46,977 nt of DNA from Octopus bimaculoides (Eukaryota): positions 293,251 through 340,227 of the forward strand of contig NC_068990.1 in NCBI RefSeq assembly GCF_001194135.2, given 5' to 3'. Positions 1 through 11,665 of this stretch are shown in pieces (position 1 is the stretch's first letter; each line of letters begins with the position of its first letter). The notes beneath the pieces were generated by a model. The model searched no databases and was not told the DNA's origin. It saw nothing but the letters and a program-made list of their open reading frames with translations. Position numbers and translations under genes: made by a program.

Positions 1-10
1 ATATATATAT

Positions 11-290
11 ATGAGAGAATTTACGAAAAAAACAACAACAGACGAGGACAGGTGGTGTAAACAACAAAAGAATGTATTAGTTTAATGCTCGGGAATAGAG
101 AAAGTCTTTAACGTTTCGAGCTACTCTCTTCAACAGAAAGAATAAGGAGAAAAACAAGGAGAAAAACACGGAATATATATATATATATGTATATATATAT
201 ATGTATATATATATATATACTTCAAATTTACAGAAAATAAAAGACGAAGACTAGTGAGGGAACAACAAACAGGTATATTAGTTTGACGCT
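11..290 (-). mobile_element. Penelope-like terminal repeat, about 1.4 tandem units (period about 201 bp) separated by (AT)n
   Basis: 40-90 recurs diverged at 242-290 (agacga.gac...aacaacaaa...tattagttt); first unit carries the ACGTTTCGAG motif and a hammerhead-like fold. Confidence 0.55.
105..141 (-). ncRNA. Minimal type I hammerhead-ribozyme-like motif (core variant CUGUUGA)
   Basis: Minus strand reads UCUUU-CUGUUGA-A-GAG-AGUAG-CUC-GAAA-CG-U-U-AAAGA: 5-bp stem I, 3-bp stem II, palindromic ACGU stem III. Confidence 0.65.
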
Positions 291-297
291 TAAGTTT

Positions 298-881
298 ATA
301 AATTTCAGGATCTTGCTTGCCAAATTGATAAGGATGCATTCGAAAGTTTAGAAAAGAACTATGGAAAATTTTTCGACATCATAAGACTGAAAGCGGATTT
401 AGCTGGTATGCACAAGTGTTTCGAGATAAATCCGTTAAAACTTTGCTTGATTTAATATTTGAAAATAAACTGACTCAAACGTTCCCCGAAGCTGTGAAGT
501 TGCTGTAATTAATCTTGACAGGTCCTGCTACAACTGTTTCTGTGAAGAGGTCGTTTTCTGCTTTGAAAAGAATTAAGAGCTACACTAGGAACAGAATGAC
601 AAATCAAAGAGTTTTGTTACTTGCTTCAATATCCATTGAAAAGGAAATACTTAACAAAATGGAGCAAGGCCCTACTTCAATTTCTACGAAAAGTAACTGA
701 TATTTTTGCTACAGAGAAAGAGAAAAGAATGGATTTCCTGTACAAATAGGCTAACATAATTATGAAGTAAACTTCTCAAATAGTTTTATCCTTTTATATA
801 CTGACAAATTTTTTGATGATAGTTTACTACATGAACGTCACCTAATGTCTACCCTGAGTGATTACTGACGGCGCGTGACTG
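298..881 (+). mobile_element. hAT transposon 3' end (dimerisation domain, stop codon, possible TIR), inverted relative to the main copy
   Basis: PATTVSVKRSFSALKRIKSYTRNRMTNQR...ISIEKE, then EKRMDFLYK* (TAG 747-749); ends ggcgcgtgactg at 870-881. Confidence 0.9.
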
Positions 882-1011
882 GTATCTGTCTGTTTACCTA
901 TATATCCATTTATTTACCTACCCCTATGTATACACATCTGCCTGCTTAACAGCCTACAGGCAAATGTACCTGTGTATGTATATTATGTAGGTAAATGGGT
1001 ACCACTACCTT

Positions 1012-1167
1012 CTACATGTATTTCCTATTTAGTACGGGGGACATTTCACATATGAGGACGTACTCCTGTATTTGTCTGAGTGATGGGTTCTTCGGATGCT
1101 TGGATAAAATACGTATGTTATGTCAGCCAAGTGTGCCTCCATGTTGGTCTTTGGAATGTTGGTACAT
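1012..1167 (-). pseudogene. Penelope-type GIY-YIG endonuclease, C-terminal half
   Basis: Translates MYQHSKDQHGGTLG*HNIRILSKHPKNPSLRQIQEYVLICEMSPVLNRKYM*, resembling the R.I.E..I...P.LNR end of PLE GIY-YIG domains. Confidence 0.7.
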
Positions 1168-1171
1168 AGAG

Positions 1172-1287
1172 GATGCTTGTAAGAAGAAAAACACAGCATA
1201 CATTGAAGAGGCATCTAGGAGTATTGCGGTGAGAATAAATGAACACTTGAGGCAAAAACAGACCTCCATACTCTACCAACACTCTAC
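1172..1287 (+). pseudogene. Penelope-type GIY-YIG endonuclease, N-terminal half
   Basis: DACKKKNTAYIEEASRSIAVRINEHLRQKQTSILYQHST resembles C..YIGET.RS...R..EH...YQH. Confidence 0.75.
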
Positions 1288-3700
1288 CAAGTAACAAAAG
1301 TCTTTGATTTGTCATTCTGTTCCTAGTGTAGCTCTTAATTCTTTTCAAAGCAGAAAACGACCTCTTCACAGAAACAGTTGTAGCAGGACCTGTCAAGATT
1401 AATTACAGCAACTTCACAGCTTCGGGGAACGTTTGAGTCAGTTTATTTTCAAATGTTAAATCAAGCAAAGTTTTAACGGATTTATCTCGAAACACTTGTG
1501 CATACCAGCTAAATCCGCTTTCAGTCTTATGATGCCGAAAAACTTTCCATAGTTCTTTTCTAAACTTTCAAATGCATCCTTATCAATTTGGCAAGCAAGA
1601 TCCTGAAATTTATTTTCATGAACTAATGAAATAAACTTAAAATTTTGAAATCAGCAAATCTTGCTTTCATGTTCTTCAGTATGTCATCCCAAATTAACCA
1701 AATATTCCCATTCTTTCTTCTTTAACTGAACCTTTCGTATGAGATTTTGATTTAGTTATTTTCCCTGCAACATTCTTCAAACTTTACATACAAATCCTCG
1801 AAACTTCTGTGTAGATTCTCAAGTAAATTTATTGTTCCATTAATCCTCTCAATACAGTATGAATTATCTATCATTTTGGTTTGTAGGACATTAAAAAGAG
1901 GTCAGTTTTAATGAAAATATCATTATAAACCACCATGAAAAAGTAAGTTGAGTCTTGTTAGCCACTCATAAAACCAATTGCTTCTCACTAAAGTATCTGG
2001 ATCCCACAACATAGGATTATTGTTCACACTGTTGAAGAGTTTGCAAAGGACATCATCGTATTGTAAAATTGTCTGGATTAGTTCTGAATTCGAACTCCGT
2101 CTCGTTGGTGCTGCCTTTGAAATGCGTTTTCTCTTCATCAAGAGGTTGCGTTCGGTTTGTAGAGTGATGGAAGATTGAAGCAAGTGTCTCAGTGGTCTGG
2201 AAAACGCTTGTACATTCAGGTATGAATTTTGCTGACTGAGAACAAGATTTAACTTATGAGCATAGCAGTGAGTAAATAAAGCTGCTGGTGCCTTTTCTCT
2301 TACTTTAAGTTGAACACCTTTTAGATTGGATGCCATCACTATTGCCCCATCGTACGTCTGTGCTACAAGTTTCTCACAACAGTCGCATTTATTCAAATTA
2401 TTAAATATACACTCTGTTACACCTCCAATAGTTCTGACCTTAAGAATGTCAAATCCTATAAAGACTTCTTTGATATCAGAGTCCTCAATACTGTAGAACA
2501 CTGAGATGTACATGAAATATCTACTATGGCAATGAACGAGGCTTGTGTGACTTCTTTAATATTATTTTCTACGATCATGCTTACTGCTTCTATCAAGTCA
2601 TTTTGTATCTTATTAAAAAGGCCACAAAAACTGATGATTTCTGTAAATGTTGTGCCAATTTGTCATCAAATTTTGCAGTATAGTTCAGTAACTCAACATA
2701 TTTTCCGCGATTTAATGATGATTTCTGTTCATTATCTCCGCGAAAAGCAAGTTCCTGTTTAATCAAGAAACAAGTAGCACAAATCAATTAAAAAAAATAT
2801 ATCTCTGTTCTCTTTAGCCTTTTTATTGTGAACTTCAACGCTGACAGACTTCTGTTTATCTGAGAGCAAATCGATTCGTGTAGATCAAAATATTTTCAAT
2901 GATATTTGGCTTTCATAATGTGCTGCTGATTGTTCGTGTTTACTTAAAGCAGTAGTGGAGGCGCAATGGCCCAGTGGTTAGGGCAGCGAACTCGCGGTCA
3001 TAGGATCGCGGTTTCGATTCCCAGACCGGGCGTTGTGAGTGTTTATTGAGCGAAAACACCTAAAGCTCCACGAGGCTCCGGCAGGGGATGGTGGCGAACC
3101 CTGCTGTACTCTTCCAGCACAACTTTCTCTCATTCTTACGTCCTGTTTCTGTTGTGCCTGTAATTCAAAAGGGTCAGCCTTGTCACACTGTGTCACACTG
3201 AATATCCCCGAGAACTACGTTAAGGGTACACGTGTCTGTGGAGTGTTCAGCCACTTGCACGTTAATTTCACGAGCAGGCTGTTCCGTTGATCGGATCAAC
3301 TGGAACCCTCGACGTCGTAAGCGACGGAGTGCCAACAACAACAACTTAAAGCAGTGGGCAAATTATTTAAATCACAATATCTTTCTTTTACCCACACACT
3401 TTCACTAGATACAGAAAATAGCAAACATGAGAAACAAAAGACCCTTTTTGTTGTAGTACAGCCGCGCAACCACTCTTTCTTGCTGTACCAAACAGTTTGA
3501 AATGTTCTAATAATTTTTGTCCCTTTCTGTTGTTTTAGGTTCTTAAGTTCTGGTGTTAGTCTACCATTTTTAAAAATAATTTGTCTCCTTTCTTCATAAG
3601 CTAGTTTTGAAAATGTCTTAAGATAGTCACTCTCCATTGCTGGAAAGGGGAAAAATGTAAATAAATGGAAATGAACTAAAACTGAAAGTAAAACACACAA
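1288..3700 (-). mobile_element. Degenerate ZMYM1-like hAT transposase (TTF-type zinc finger, DUF4371-like, core, dimerisation domain), interrupted by a SINE
   Basis: WYSKKEWL...VFCFSCLLF; LAFRGDNE..SLNRGKYVELL; AQTYDGA..M...GVQ; HCYAHKLNLVL; many frameshifts and stops. Confidence 0.92.
2954..3343 (+). mobile_element. Full-length tRNA-derived SINE (family A) with (CAA)n tail and 12-bp TSD
   Basis: A-box tggcccagtgg, B-box ggtttcgattccc; TSD acttaaagcagt at 2942-2953 and 3344-3355. Confidence 0.92.
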
Positions 3701-3840
3701 AATAAGCGAAACACAGGCGCATAACTGAGCTAGAAAACGGTATTGTGGGAGTGTACACGGTACGTGTACTACAGCACTACTATGTGTAGCTTAAATACTG
3801 AGATTTAAAAGCAGGGAGAATTATGCCTACCTAATCTAAC

Positions 3841-3873
<33 letters not shown>

Positions 3874-4019
3874 TATATAAACAAATAGTAAATGAGTATA
3901 TGCATATATACGTACAGGTATGTGCGTACCGACATCCACCTGTATGTATAGGTGCATATCTGGGTACAGGACATTGCCAGAACGCAAACTGACCAATCAC
4001 GGCCCCTAATAAGGTCACG

Positions 4020-4910
4020 TGATAGAGTATATTTCTACCATCTGGTGAGCCAATAGTTTGTTATAAATAGCTTTAACTCGGCGGCCAAATTTGTCTCGGT
4101 CCAGTTTCTCTTTGAGAACTGTTCCGTNNNNNNNNNNNNNNNNNNNNNNNNNNNNNNNNNNNNNNNNNNNNNNNNNNNNNNNNNNNNNNNNNNNNNNNNN
4201 NNNNNNNNNNNNNNNNNNNNNNNNNNNNNNNNNNNNNNNNNNNNNNNNNNNNNNNNNNNNNNNNNNNNNNNNNNNNNNNNNNNNNNNNNNNNNNNNNNNN
4301 NNNNNNNNNNNNNNNNNNNNNNNNNNNNNNNNNNNNNNNNNNNNNNNNNNNNNNNNNNNNNNNNNNNNNNNNNNNNNNNNNNNNNNNNNNNNNNNNNNNN
4401 NNNNNNNNNNNNNNNNNNNNNNNNNNNNNNNNNNNNNNNNNNNNNNNNNNNNNNNNNNNNNNNNNNNNNNNNNNNNNNNNNNNNNNNNNNNNNNNNNNNN
4501 NNNNNNNNNNNNNNNNNNNNNNNNNNNNNNNNNNNNNNNNNNCACGTGTTATATATTGACTCTCTTTCCATCTGCTGTAATAATACACATACACATACAT
4601 GTATCACTCACATACATACTTTTCTTTGTACGACGGCCTGTCTTTGATAATGTTCTTATATGTCGCATTCACACTCTCACACAGACATACATCTTTAACG
4701 CTACAATAAATATCTCTGTTATTCATCTAATACAGTTGTGGTCTTTCATTACTGGTCATCTATGTTATCGTCGCATAACATATCATCTATATCATCATTT
4801 GATATATATATTTTGTGTTCGACCGTGTGACGCGTTTAAATAAAAGGAGTCCTCTGTTTTTCCATTCGTCACCATATCTCCTTTTTGAGTTCGCACGGTC
4901 GTCCCTTACA
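4020..4910 (+). mobile_element. Putative solo LTR (spans an N-gap)
   Basis: Starts TG and ends CA; TATAAATA at 4062-4069; AATAAA near 4838; flanks gtcacg and gtcaca. Confidence 0.35.
4128..4541. other. Assembly gap. Other gaps: 9700-9709, 13777-14007, 20353-20920, 25445-25989, 34123-34145, 35362-36160, 36737-36995, 42294-42303, 44184-44193
   Basis: Runs of N. Confidence 1.
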
Positions 4911-5325
4911 GTCACATTACCAGGAGTTAAATACCGTATTGATTATTGATTATGGATAAATAATTATCGTAAAATGGACGGAAAAAACAACTCCATGAGA
5001 CAGTAATCTCTCAACAAAAACATCAACAAAACGTAAAGCCGATATCTGTCTCGCAGTTTCAATCTGCCCACGTTTGGTTTGCATTCTGCAGCTGAGTCGG
5101 GAATACGATTAGGGTTAACAATAATACTGTTATGTGCCCTGTTTTTTTTTATAATACCTGGTTGAACTAGTGGGTAGCATCTCTGAAATTTTGTTGTGTT
5201 TTATTTTGTTTTGTTTTCCTGATATCTTTTTTTTTTCCAACATCTTGTTTTGTCCTGAATTACCATGTCACGCTGAATGTGTGCGTGAGTGTATACATTT
5301 GTACGTATTTGTATTTTCTCACGCA

Positions 5326-5719
5326 TACTCTTTTACTCTTTTACTTGTTTCAGTCATTTGACTGCGGCCATGCTGGAGCACCGCCTTTAGTCGAGCAAGT
5401 CGACCCCGGGACTTATTCTTTGTAAGCCTAGTACTTATTCTATCGGTCTCTTTTTGCCGAACCGCTAAGTGACGGGGACATAAACACACACCAGCGTCGG
5501 TTGTCAAGCAATGCTAGGGGGACAAACACACACATATATATATATATATATACATATATACGACGGGCTTCTTTCAGTTTCCGTCTACCAAATCCACTCA
5601 CAAGGCTTTGGTCGGCCCGAGGCTATAGTAGAAGACATTTGCCCAAGATGCCACGCAGTGGGACTGAACCCGGAGCCATGTGGTTGGTAAGCAAGCTACT
5701 TACCACACAGCCACTCCGC
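5326..5719 (-). mobile_element. tRNA-derived SINE (family B) with internal (CA)/(TA) microsatellite and (AGTAAAAG)-type tail
   Basis: Minus head gcggagtggctgtgtggtaag...gggttcagtccc (A/B boxes); tail gactgaaacaagtaaaagagtaaaagag. Confidence 0.88.
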
Positions 5720-6029
5720 ATACATACATTATATATGCAAATATGCACACAGACATTATATATGCAAATATGCACACACACACGCGCATACACGCACACA
5801 CACACACATACACACATACACACATGCACACATGCACACACATACATTGAAGACTGGTGAATATGTATCTGTGCGTGTGTGCATATATAAAAAAATAGTT
5901 TGTGCGTTTGTGCATATATGCACGTTGATCTATATGTGTATATTTGTGGGCATCCAGCCATCCACACTACATACATACATACATACACACATACATAAAT
6001 ACACACATGGAAGACATCATACATGTGTC

Positions 6030-6600
6030 TGTGGAAGACATCACACGGGATTAGCAGCGGTCCCAAAATGTCATCAAGGTACCTCCTCCCGATGCGACAC
6101 GACGTTGTTGCAAAAACAATACACAACGGCATTCGGAAAAAAAAGACTGTCCTGGAATAAATATAGAGAATCCGCCTGTTATTGAATACGTACACAGGTA
6201 CCATCACAAGGAATACTGGTGGAACACTTCCATCCAAACATCAGTCAAGTATAAACATAACAGACCGGATATTGTTGTTTGGGACAGACAAGAAAAAGTA
6301 TGGGCCGTCATAGAGGTCAGCTGTTCTGCTGAAGTGAATATCTCTGAAAATCAAGGAGAAAGAAGATAAGTATGGACAGCTGTTTCGAAACCCCCAGCTT
6401 CTATATCTAGATTACAAATTCACATTTCTACTAATAACAATTGGAGTACTTGGTTTTCTAAGTAAATGCCTAACTGTCAGTCTGGATAAGCTTGGATTTT
6501 TAGAAAAAGAAATCAACCAACTGATTCGCATTAATTACAAATACAATCTGTAAGCGGAACAGTAAAACTCTGCAAGTCGTTTCTCAGGTTCAAAGTGTGA
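6030..6600 (+). mobile_element. RLE-type non-LTR retrotransposon (R4/Dong-like) 3' fragment, lineage 1
   Basis: RHDVVAK, HNRPDIVVWD...VIEVSC, EKEDKYGQL, QSVSGTVKLCK. Confidence 0.85.
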
Positions 6601-7129
6601 CATTGCTTTCGTTATCTTCATTCCAAAGATAGAGCATTGTATCATTGTTAAAAATCACCTCCTTCTTCAGAGGAAGAATTTGAATAATTAAATACCGAAG
6701 AGACATACATACATACATACATACATAATACGTACATACATACACGCATGCATGCATGCATACAGACGGACAGACAGACATGCATGCATAAAACAAAACC
6801 TACTATTCTATACCGAATGAATGGTTTCACAGACAAACGTAGTTCCACATCACAGGTTTCAACTCAGCTCTCGCAATGTTCAAAAGAATAATATTAAGTA
6901 TCTTAATCTTTCTGTTGAATGAATAGTTATACAGTTGAACCTGATCGAGTGGCTATCAAAGTTGGTAGCAAATGTAGATCAGCTGAATATTAAAAAATAA
7001 CAGTATATTTTTGCTTAGGCTGGCCCCACCCTTCCGTCACCATTGAGTCCATCCATCCATCCGTCCATCCATCCATCTCCAGTACCAATACTGAAACCAG
7101 TATCATGGATATTTCACTGGACTGGAGAG

Positions 7130-7943
7130 GAGATCCATTCGGAAGACATTACAATCCGCCGGATCATGACACTAGCAGGAAACTTCAGTAGGAACGGTGA
7201 TACTGACAGGCTGTACATAAGAAGAGATGAAGGAAGTGGAGTGAAGACTCTGCTTGCTTCATCTCATTAGCACAAATAGCCTTCGAATGACGCATAGCCT
7301 CACTCAAACAGTACCTATTAAACGATATCAGCAAAAATACAGCGGCTCCCGCGTCCTAGGACTGGTGTAGTGCTGCGCAAGGTGACTATCTCGAAGGAGA
7401 TGATATTAAAACTTAGGTGAATAAGTTATTTTTTATTAAACATAGTTAGTCTGGGAACTTTTTGATACCACTTCATATATAAACCTCCAGTTGGAAAATA
7501 AGGAGAGCAACATCCTACGTATCGGCACTGAGCTCACCAGGATGTACTCTCTTCCTGACATCCTCCCATACAACCACAAAATTGCTGGACATAAGATGAC
7601 ACTTATATCAATAGGAAGTGCAGCCTTTTTTGGACTTGTGACCGATACATCTCATCACACTTTGAAGGCTATGCATTTGCAATCAAAGAGAAAGAGCTTA
7701 CTACAAAATACTTTATAAACAAAAGAGACAGGGAAGCGTTTGGAGCGTCGAGATACAACCTAAAATGCCAATTATGTCATATTTTTGAGGAAGACATTAC
7801 ACATGTGATCAGCAGCTGCTCCAAAATATCATCAAGAACATACCTCTCTATGCATCATGACATAGCTAAAACAATATACGCATCCCGCCAAAAAAAAAAA
7901 CGTAGTCATCCAACCCGCATCCCACCAAAAGATAATAAATAAA

Positions 7944-8011
<68 letters not shown>

Positions 8012-8465
8012 TCTTGGGATAAATATACAAGACCCTGTTGTTATTGAATACATACATAAACACCAACACAAAGAATATGAGTGGAATATTCTCACCAAAA
8101 CTTCTAACCAGTGCAAACAACAGACCGGTTATTGCACCAGCCGTGTCGGTGGTGTGAATATCTCTTCGAAAATTATAGAGGAAGAGGATAACTATGGACA
8201 ATTGATTCGAAACATATAACTTCTTTACCCAGATTATAAATTTACATTTATACCAATAAAAATTGGCGCATTTGGTTTTGCTAGTAAATACATAAGTGAT
8301 AATCTAGAAAGTAGAATTTTCAGAAAAAGAAATCAACCAGTTAGCACGCTCATTGCCGATATAATTTGTAAAGAGAACAGTAAAAATATGCGAGATTTTT
8401 CTCAAGTTCAAAATGTGAATTTGATTTTGTTATCTATATTGTAATGACGGAACATTGTACCTTTG
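7130..8465 (+). mobile_element. RLE-type LINE lineage 1: RT thumb, CCHC knuckle and RLE remnant, with an internal (GA)n
   Basis: GDTDRLYIRRDEG; knuckle CQLCHIFEEDITHVISSC at 7766-7819; (GA)n about 7944-8009. Confidence 0.85.
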
Positions 8466-8519
8466 TTAGAAAGCAGCTTTTTTCTTACAGGAAGACTTCA
8501 AATAAGAAAAACAGAATAC

Positions 8520-8569
8520 ATGTGTGTGTGTGGGGGGGGGGTGTATGTATATGTATGTATGTGTGTATG

Positions 8570-8608
<39 letters not shown>

Positions 8609-8642
8609 ACATACACACACACACATACACACACACACACAC

Positions 8643-8716
<74 letters not shown>

Positions 8717-9085
8717 CTATCTATCTTTCTATCCATCCATCCAAACCCACCAACCGATACACACCTACCTAACCACTCAGATACCTACCCACCTACCTTT
8801 TTATACATATCTCTGTGCCTGTTTGCTTCTGTCTGTTTCTGTCTGTCTGTCTCTCTCCCTCTGTCTGTCTGTCTGTCTCTCTCTCTCTGTCTCTCTCTCT
8901 CTGTCTCTCTCTCTCTCTCTCAGGTCGCTAATTGTTCTAATACAGATTTCTAATTGTCTGAGGCGAGTTGTTAATAGGATTATCAATTTGGATTATATTT
9001 TGCCAGATCGAACAGATTGAAATGTCATGTGTGTATGTACGTACGTATGTATAAATGCATGCACGCGCGTGTGTATATATGTATG

Positions 9086-9121
<36 letters not shown>
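8520..9121. repeat. Compound microsatellite cluster (GT, TA, CA, CT, TCTG, TATG)
   Basis: Directly visible tandem di- and tetranucleotide arrays. Confidence 0.95.
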
Positions 9122-9123
<2 letters not shown>

Positions 9124-9500
9124 AACCGGCTTTCCCCACACTGATGATCCGGTACCTCAAATAATTCGTACTAATTTACGAGTTGGAACTTCAAATTCCC
9201 ACGGCTCCCTGATTAATTTATTAATTCCTTGCACAATACAGTATTAATAAACTTGTAAAACTTATGCTAATGTATAGGTACCTGTGTTTCATTCATTTAA
9301 CGAAGTATATTTAATATTTGTTTAATTTAGAAAGTTTTGAACAATGTGAATACCTCTGGTTCGGAAAAAATCAGCAAACCGAAAAGGCTTTGGAAACAGA
9401 GCCTTTCCCGAAAATAAATATTATACTTGTGTATACATACATATGTACGTGCGTACATACATACATACATACATACATACATACACAGAGGACCCCTTTT

Positions 9501-9553
9501 GATCATGAATAATCAAGAGATTGTACCTAGAAAGTTACCCTGTGTAGCACAAG
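9501..9553 (-). mobile_element. Fragment of SINE family D fused to the LINE duplicate
   Basis: tgtacctagaaagttaccctgtgtagcacaag resembles tgcacctagaaagttaccctctgaggcacaag within 30846-30898. Confidence 0.7.
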
Positions 9554-9656
9554 ACTGCTCCAAAATATCATCAAGGACCTACCTCCATATGCGACATGAC
9601 GTAGCTAAAGCAATATACGTAGTCATCCAACCCGCATCCCGCCAAAAGATAATAAA

Positions 9657-9699
<43 letters not shown>

Positions 9700-9709
9700 N
9701 NNNNNNNNN

Positions 9710-9774
<65 letters not shown>

Positions 9775-10156
9775 CTTGGGATAAATATACAAAACCCTGT
9801 TGTTATTGAATACATACATAAACACCAACACAAAGAATATGAGTGGAATATTCTCACCAAAACTTCTAACCAGTGCAAACAACAGACCGGTTATTGCACC
9901 AGCCGTGTCGGTGGTGTGAATATCTCTTCGAAAATTATAGAGGAAGAGGATAACTATGGACAATTGATTCGAAACATATAACTTCTTTACCCAGATTATA
10001 AATTTACATTTATACCAATAAAAATTGGCGCACTTGGTTTTGCTAGTAAATACATAAGTGATAATTTAAAGTAGAAAATATGCGAGACTTTTCTCAAGTT
10101 CAAAATATGAATTTGATTTTGTTATCTATATTGCAATGACGGAACATTGTACCTTT
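9554..10156 (+). mobile_element. Near-identical duplicate of the RLE LINE segment 7816-8465
   Basis: Same (GA)n position and same derived deletion in the RLE; long identical stretch 9771-10050 vs 8010-8290. Confidence 0.92.
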
Positions 10157-10369
10157 TTCTGTTGAACCATCTTAAAAGTTTTTTCAGTGTAATTTTTACG
10201 ACCTATCTTACCACACTTGAAGCTCATTATATTTTTAAACGGACAGTTACTTTTAAAATAAAGACCACCGCACCCATAATATGGATATGGTCTTGACATT
10301 TTTCTCTTCTTTCTTATCCGATATGAGAGTAAACTTTTTCTTCATTTATATCTGCGCCATGTCTATCGT

Positions 10370-10557
10370 TCCAAACCCCAACGCGATAGGTGAAAATCCG
10401 TGAAATAGAAACAGTATTGCACTGTATTTTTAAAATAAGTTTTATAATTTGTTTATATTTATTTTATTATAAATGCAAAATAACACCACGGAGGAATCGA
10501 CGTAAGCTGAAATAATAAACCGCGATAGGCGAACCGTGATATGGCGAGGGATTGCTG
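10370..10557. mobile_element. Tigger/pogo-like DNA transposon or MITE end
   Basis: Reverse complement cagcaatccctcgccatatcacggttcgcctatcgcgg resembles Tigger/MER2-type termini; subterminal cgcgatagg repeated. Confidence 0.5.
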
Positions 10558-10830
10558 CATTTGTGTATGTATGTGTTTACGTGCTTGTGTGTGTGTGTGT
10601 GTGAGTGTATTTCATGAACTTGTACCAACTTTCGGCTTCAGTTCATTATCCGATAGCCTACAACACACAATATCGCTACTTTCCTGAGACGAAACCGTAT
10701 GTTGCTTTTAAATGTCCTCTCTTTATCGGAGTTCACAAAACCAAGAAACGGACAGACGTAGAAGAAATATTGAAAGAGCGCTGCAGATAATTACAAGGCA
10801 CTGACCAACCAGAGGGTGCAGAAGAGAACA

Positions 10831-10914
10831 CTTTTCCAGGGTGCCGCACGTTGAGATCGATCCCAAAAATTTATGGTTGAGAGGCGTGCCTCTTAGCCAC
10901 ATGGCTGTCTCTGC
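10831..10914 (-). mobile_element. Degenerate tRNA-SINE head (similar heads at 32716-32812, 37051-37190, 38280-38425)
   Basis: A-box/B-box-like remnants homologous to 5561-5719. Confidence 0.6.
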
Positions 10915-11319
10915 CTTTATGGATGTAAATATTACTGATCCTCAAAACTGTAACTGAAGATTGTAGAAGAAAAAGAACTGTTTGAGCTTGACATTGAAAG
11001 ATTCTCTCAAGGCTTTTTAAATGTACTTAAGTTCGTGAATTCAGGAAACCGTACTTATGAATAATTTAACAACTGATGTAGATACACAGAAGGGTACATG
11101 GATAAAAAGAAGGAAAAGAAGGGATGTAAACACAGGAATCCAATCATTATTCAGAGAATTTTCTCTCTCTCCATTTTTCTTCTGTCTGTCATTAACACAT
11201 CTAACCAACATGCTAAACCAACCTGTGCAAGTGATATGAGTGACAGCTAGTCTTCTGTATATGGAAAACCACAAGCTATATACCTCGAATAAATTTTTAA
11301 AGGTGAAAAAAAAACTCCA

Positions 11320-11665
11320 AAAAACTCGAGGAAATTCTATCTTACATGGAGCATAGACTTAATAAGAAAACAAGGATATATTCGTTTTAGAAAGAAAAAT
11401 CTTAAGGCAAAAAGTAATAAATATAAACAACATAACGTAAGATAAAGAGACAAAAGAGAATTATACGAAGAACAGACTTACAAATACTTACGGATTAACG
11501 ATCTAGACAATGCACAATACACACAAGTGAAAGAAAAGATTATAGACGCATTAGATTAATACTTAACAGTGGCATAATAGCTGACAATGAAGTAAGAATT
11601 ATGAATACCCTAGCTATTTCAGTAATAAACTATCGTTATAATATTCTAAGCGAGAAATTGTTTTA
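11320..11665 (+). pseudogene. RLE-LINE reverse transcriptase C-terminal fragment, highly decayed
   Basis: YMEHRLNK (for GMEFGLDK), EQTYKYL, QVKEKI..RIRLILNSG..RIMNTLAISVINY. Confidence 0.65.

Noticed and set aside
1288-3700. Host ZMYM1 or zinc-finger gene
   Set aside because: Intronless, frameshifted and SINE-interrupted; domain set is that of a hAT transposase
870-3727. hAT TIR pair ggcgcgtgactg (870-881) and ggcgcataactg (3716-3727)
   Set aside because: Orientation fits the inversion model, but 10 of 12 matches with no TSD is too weak to call
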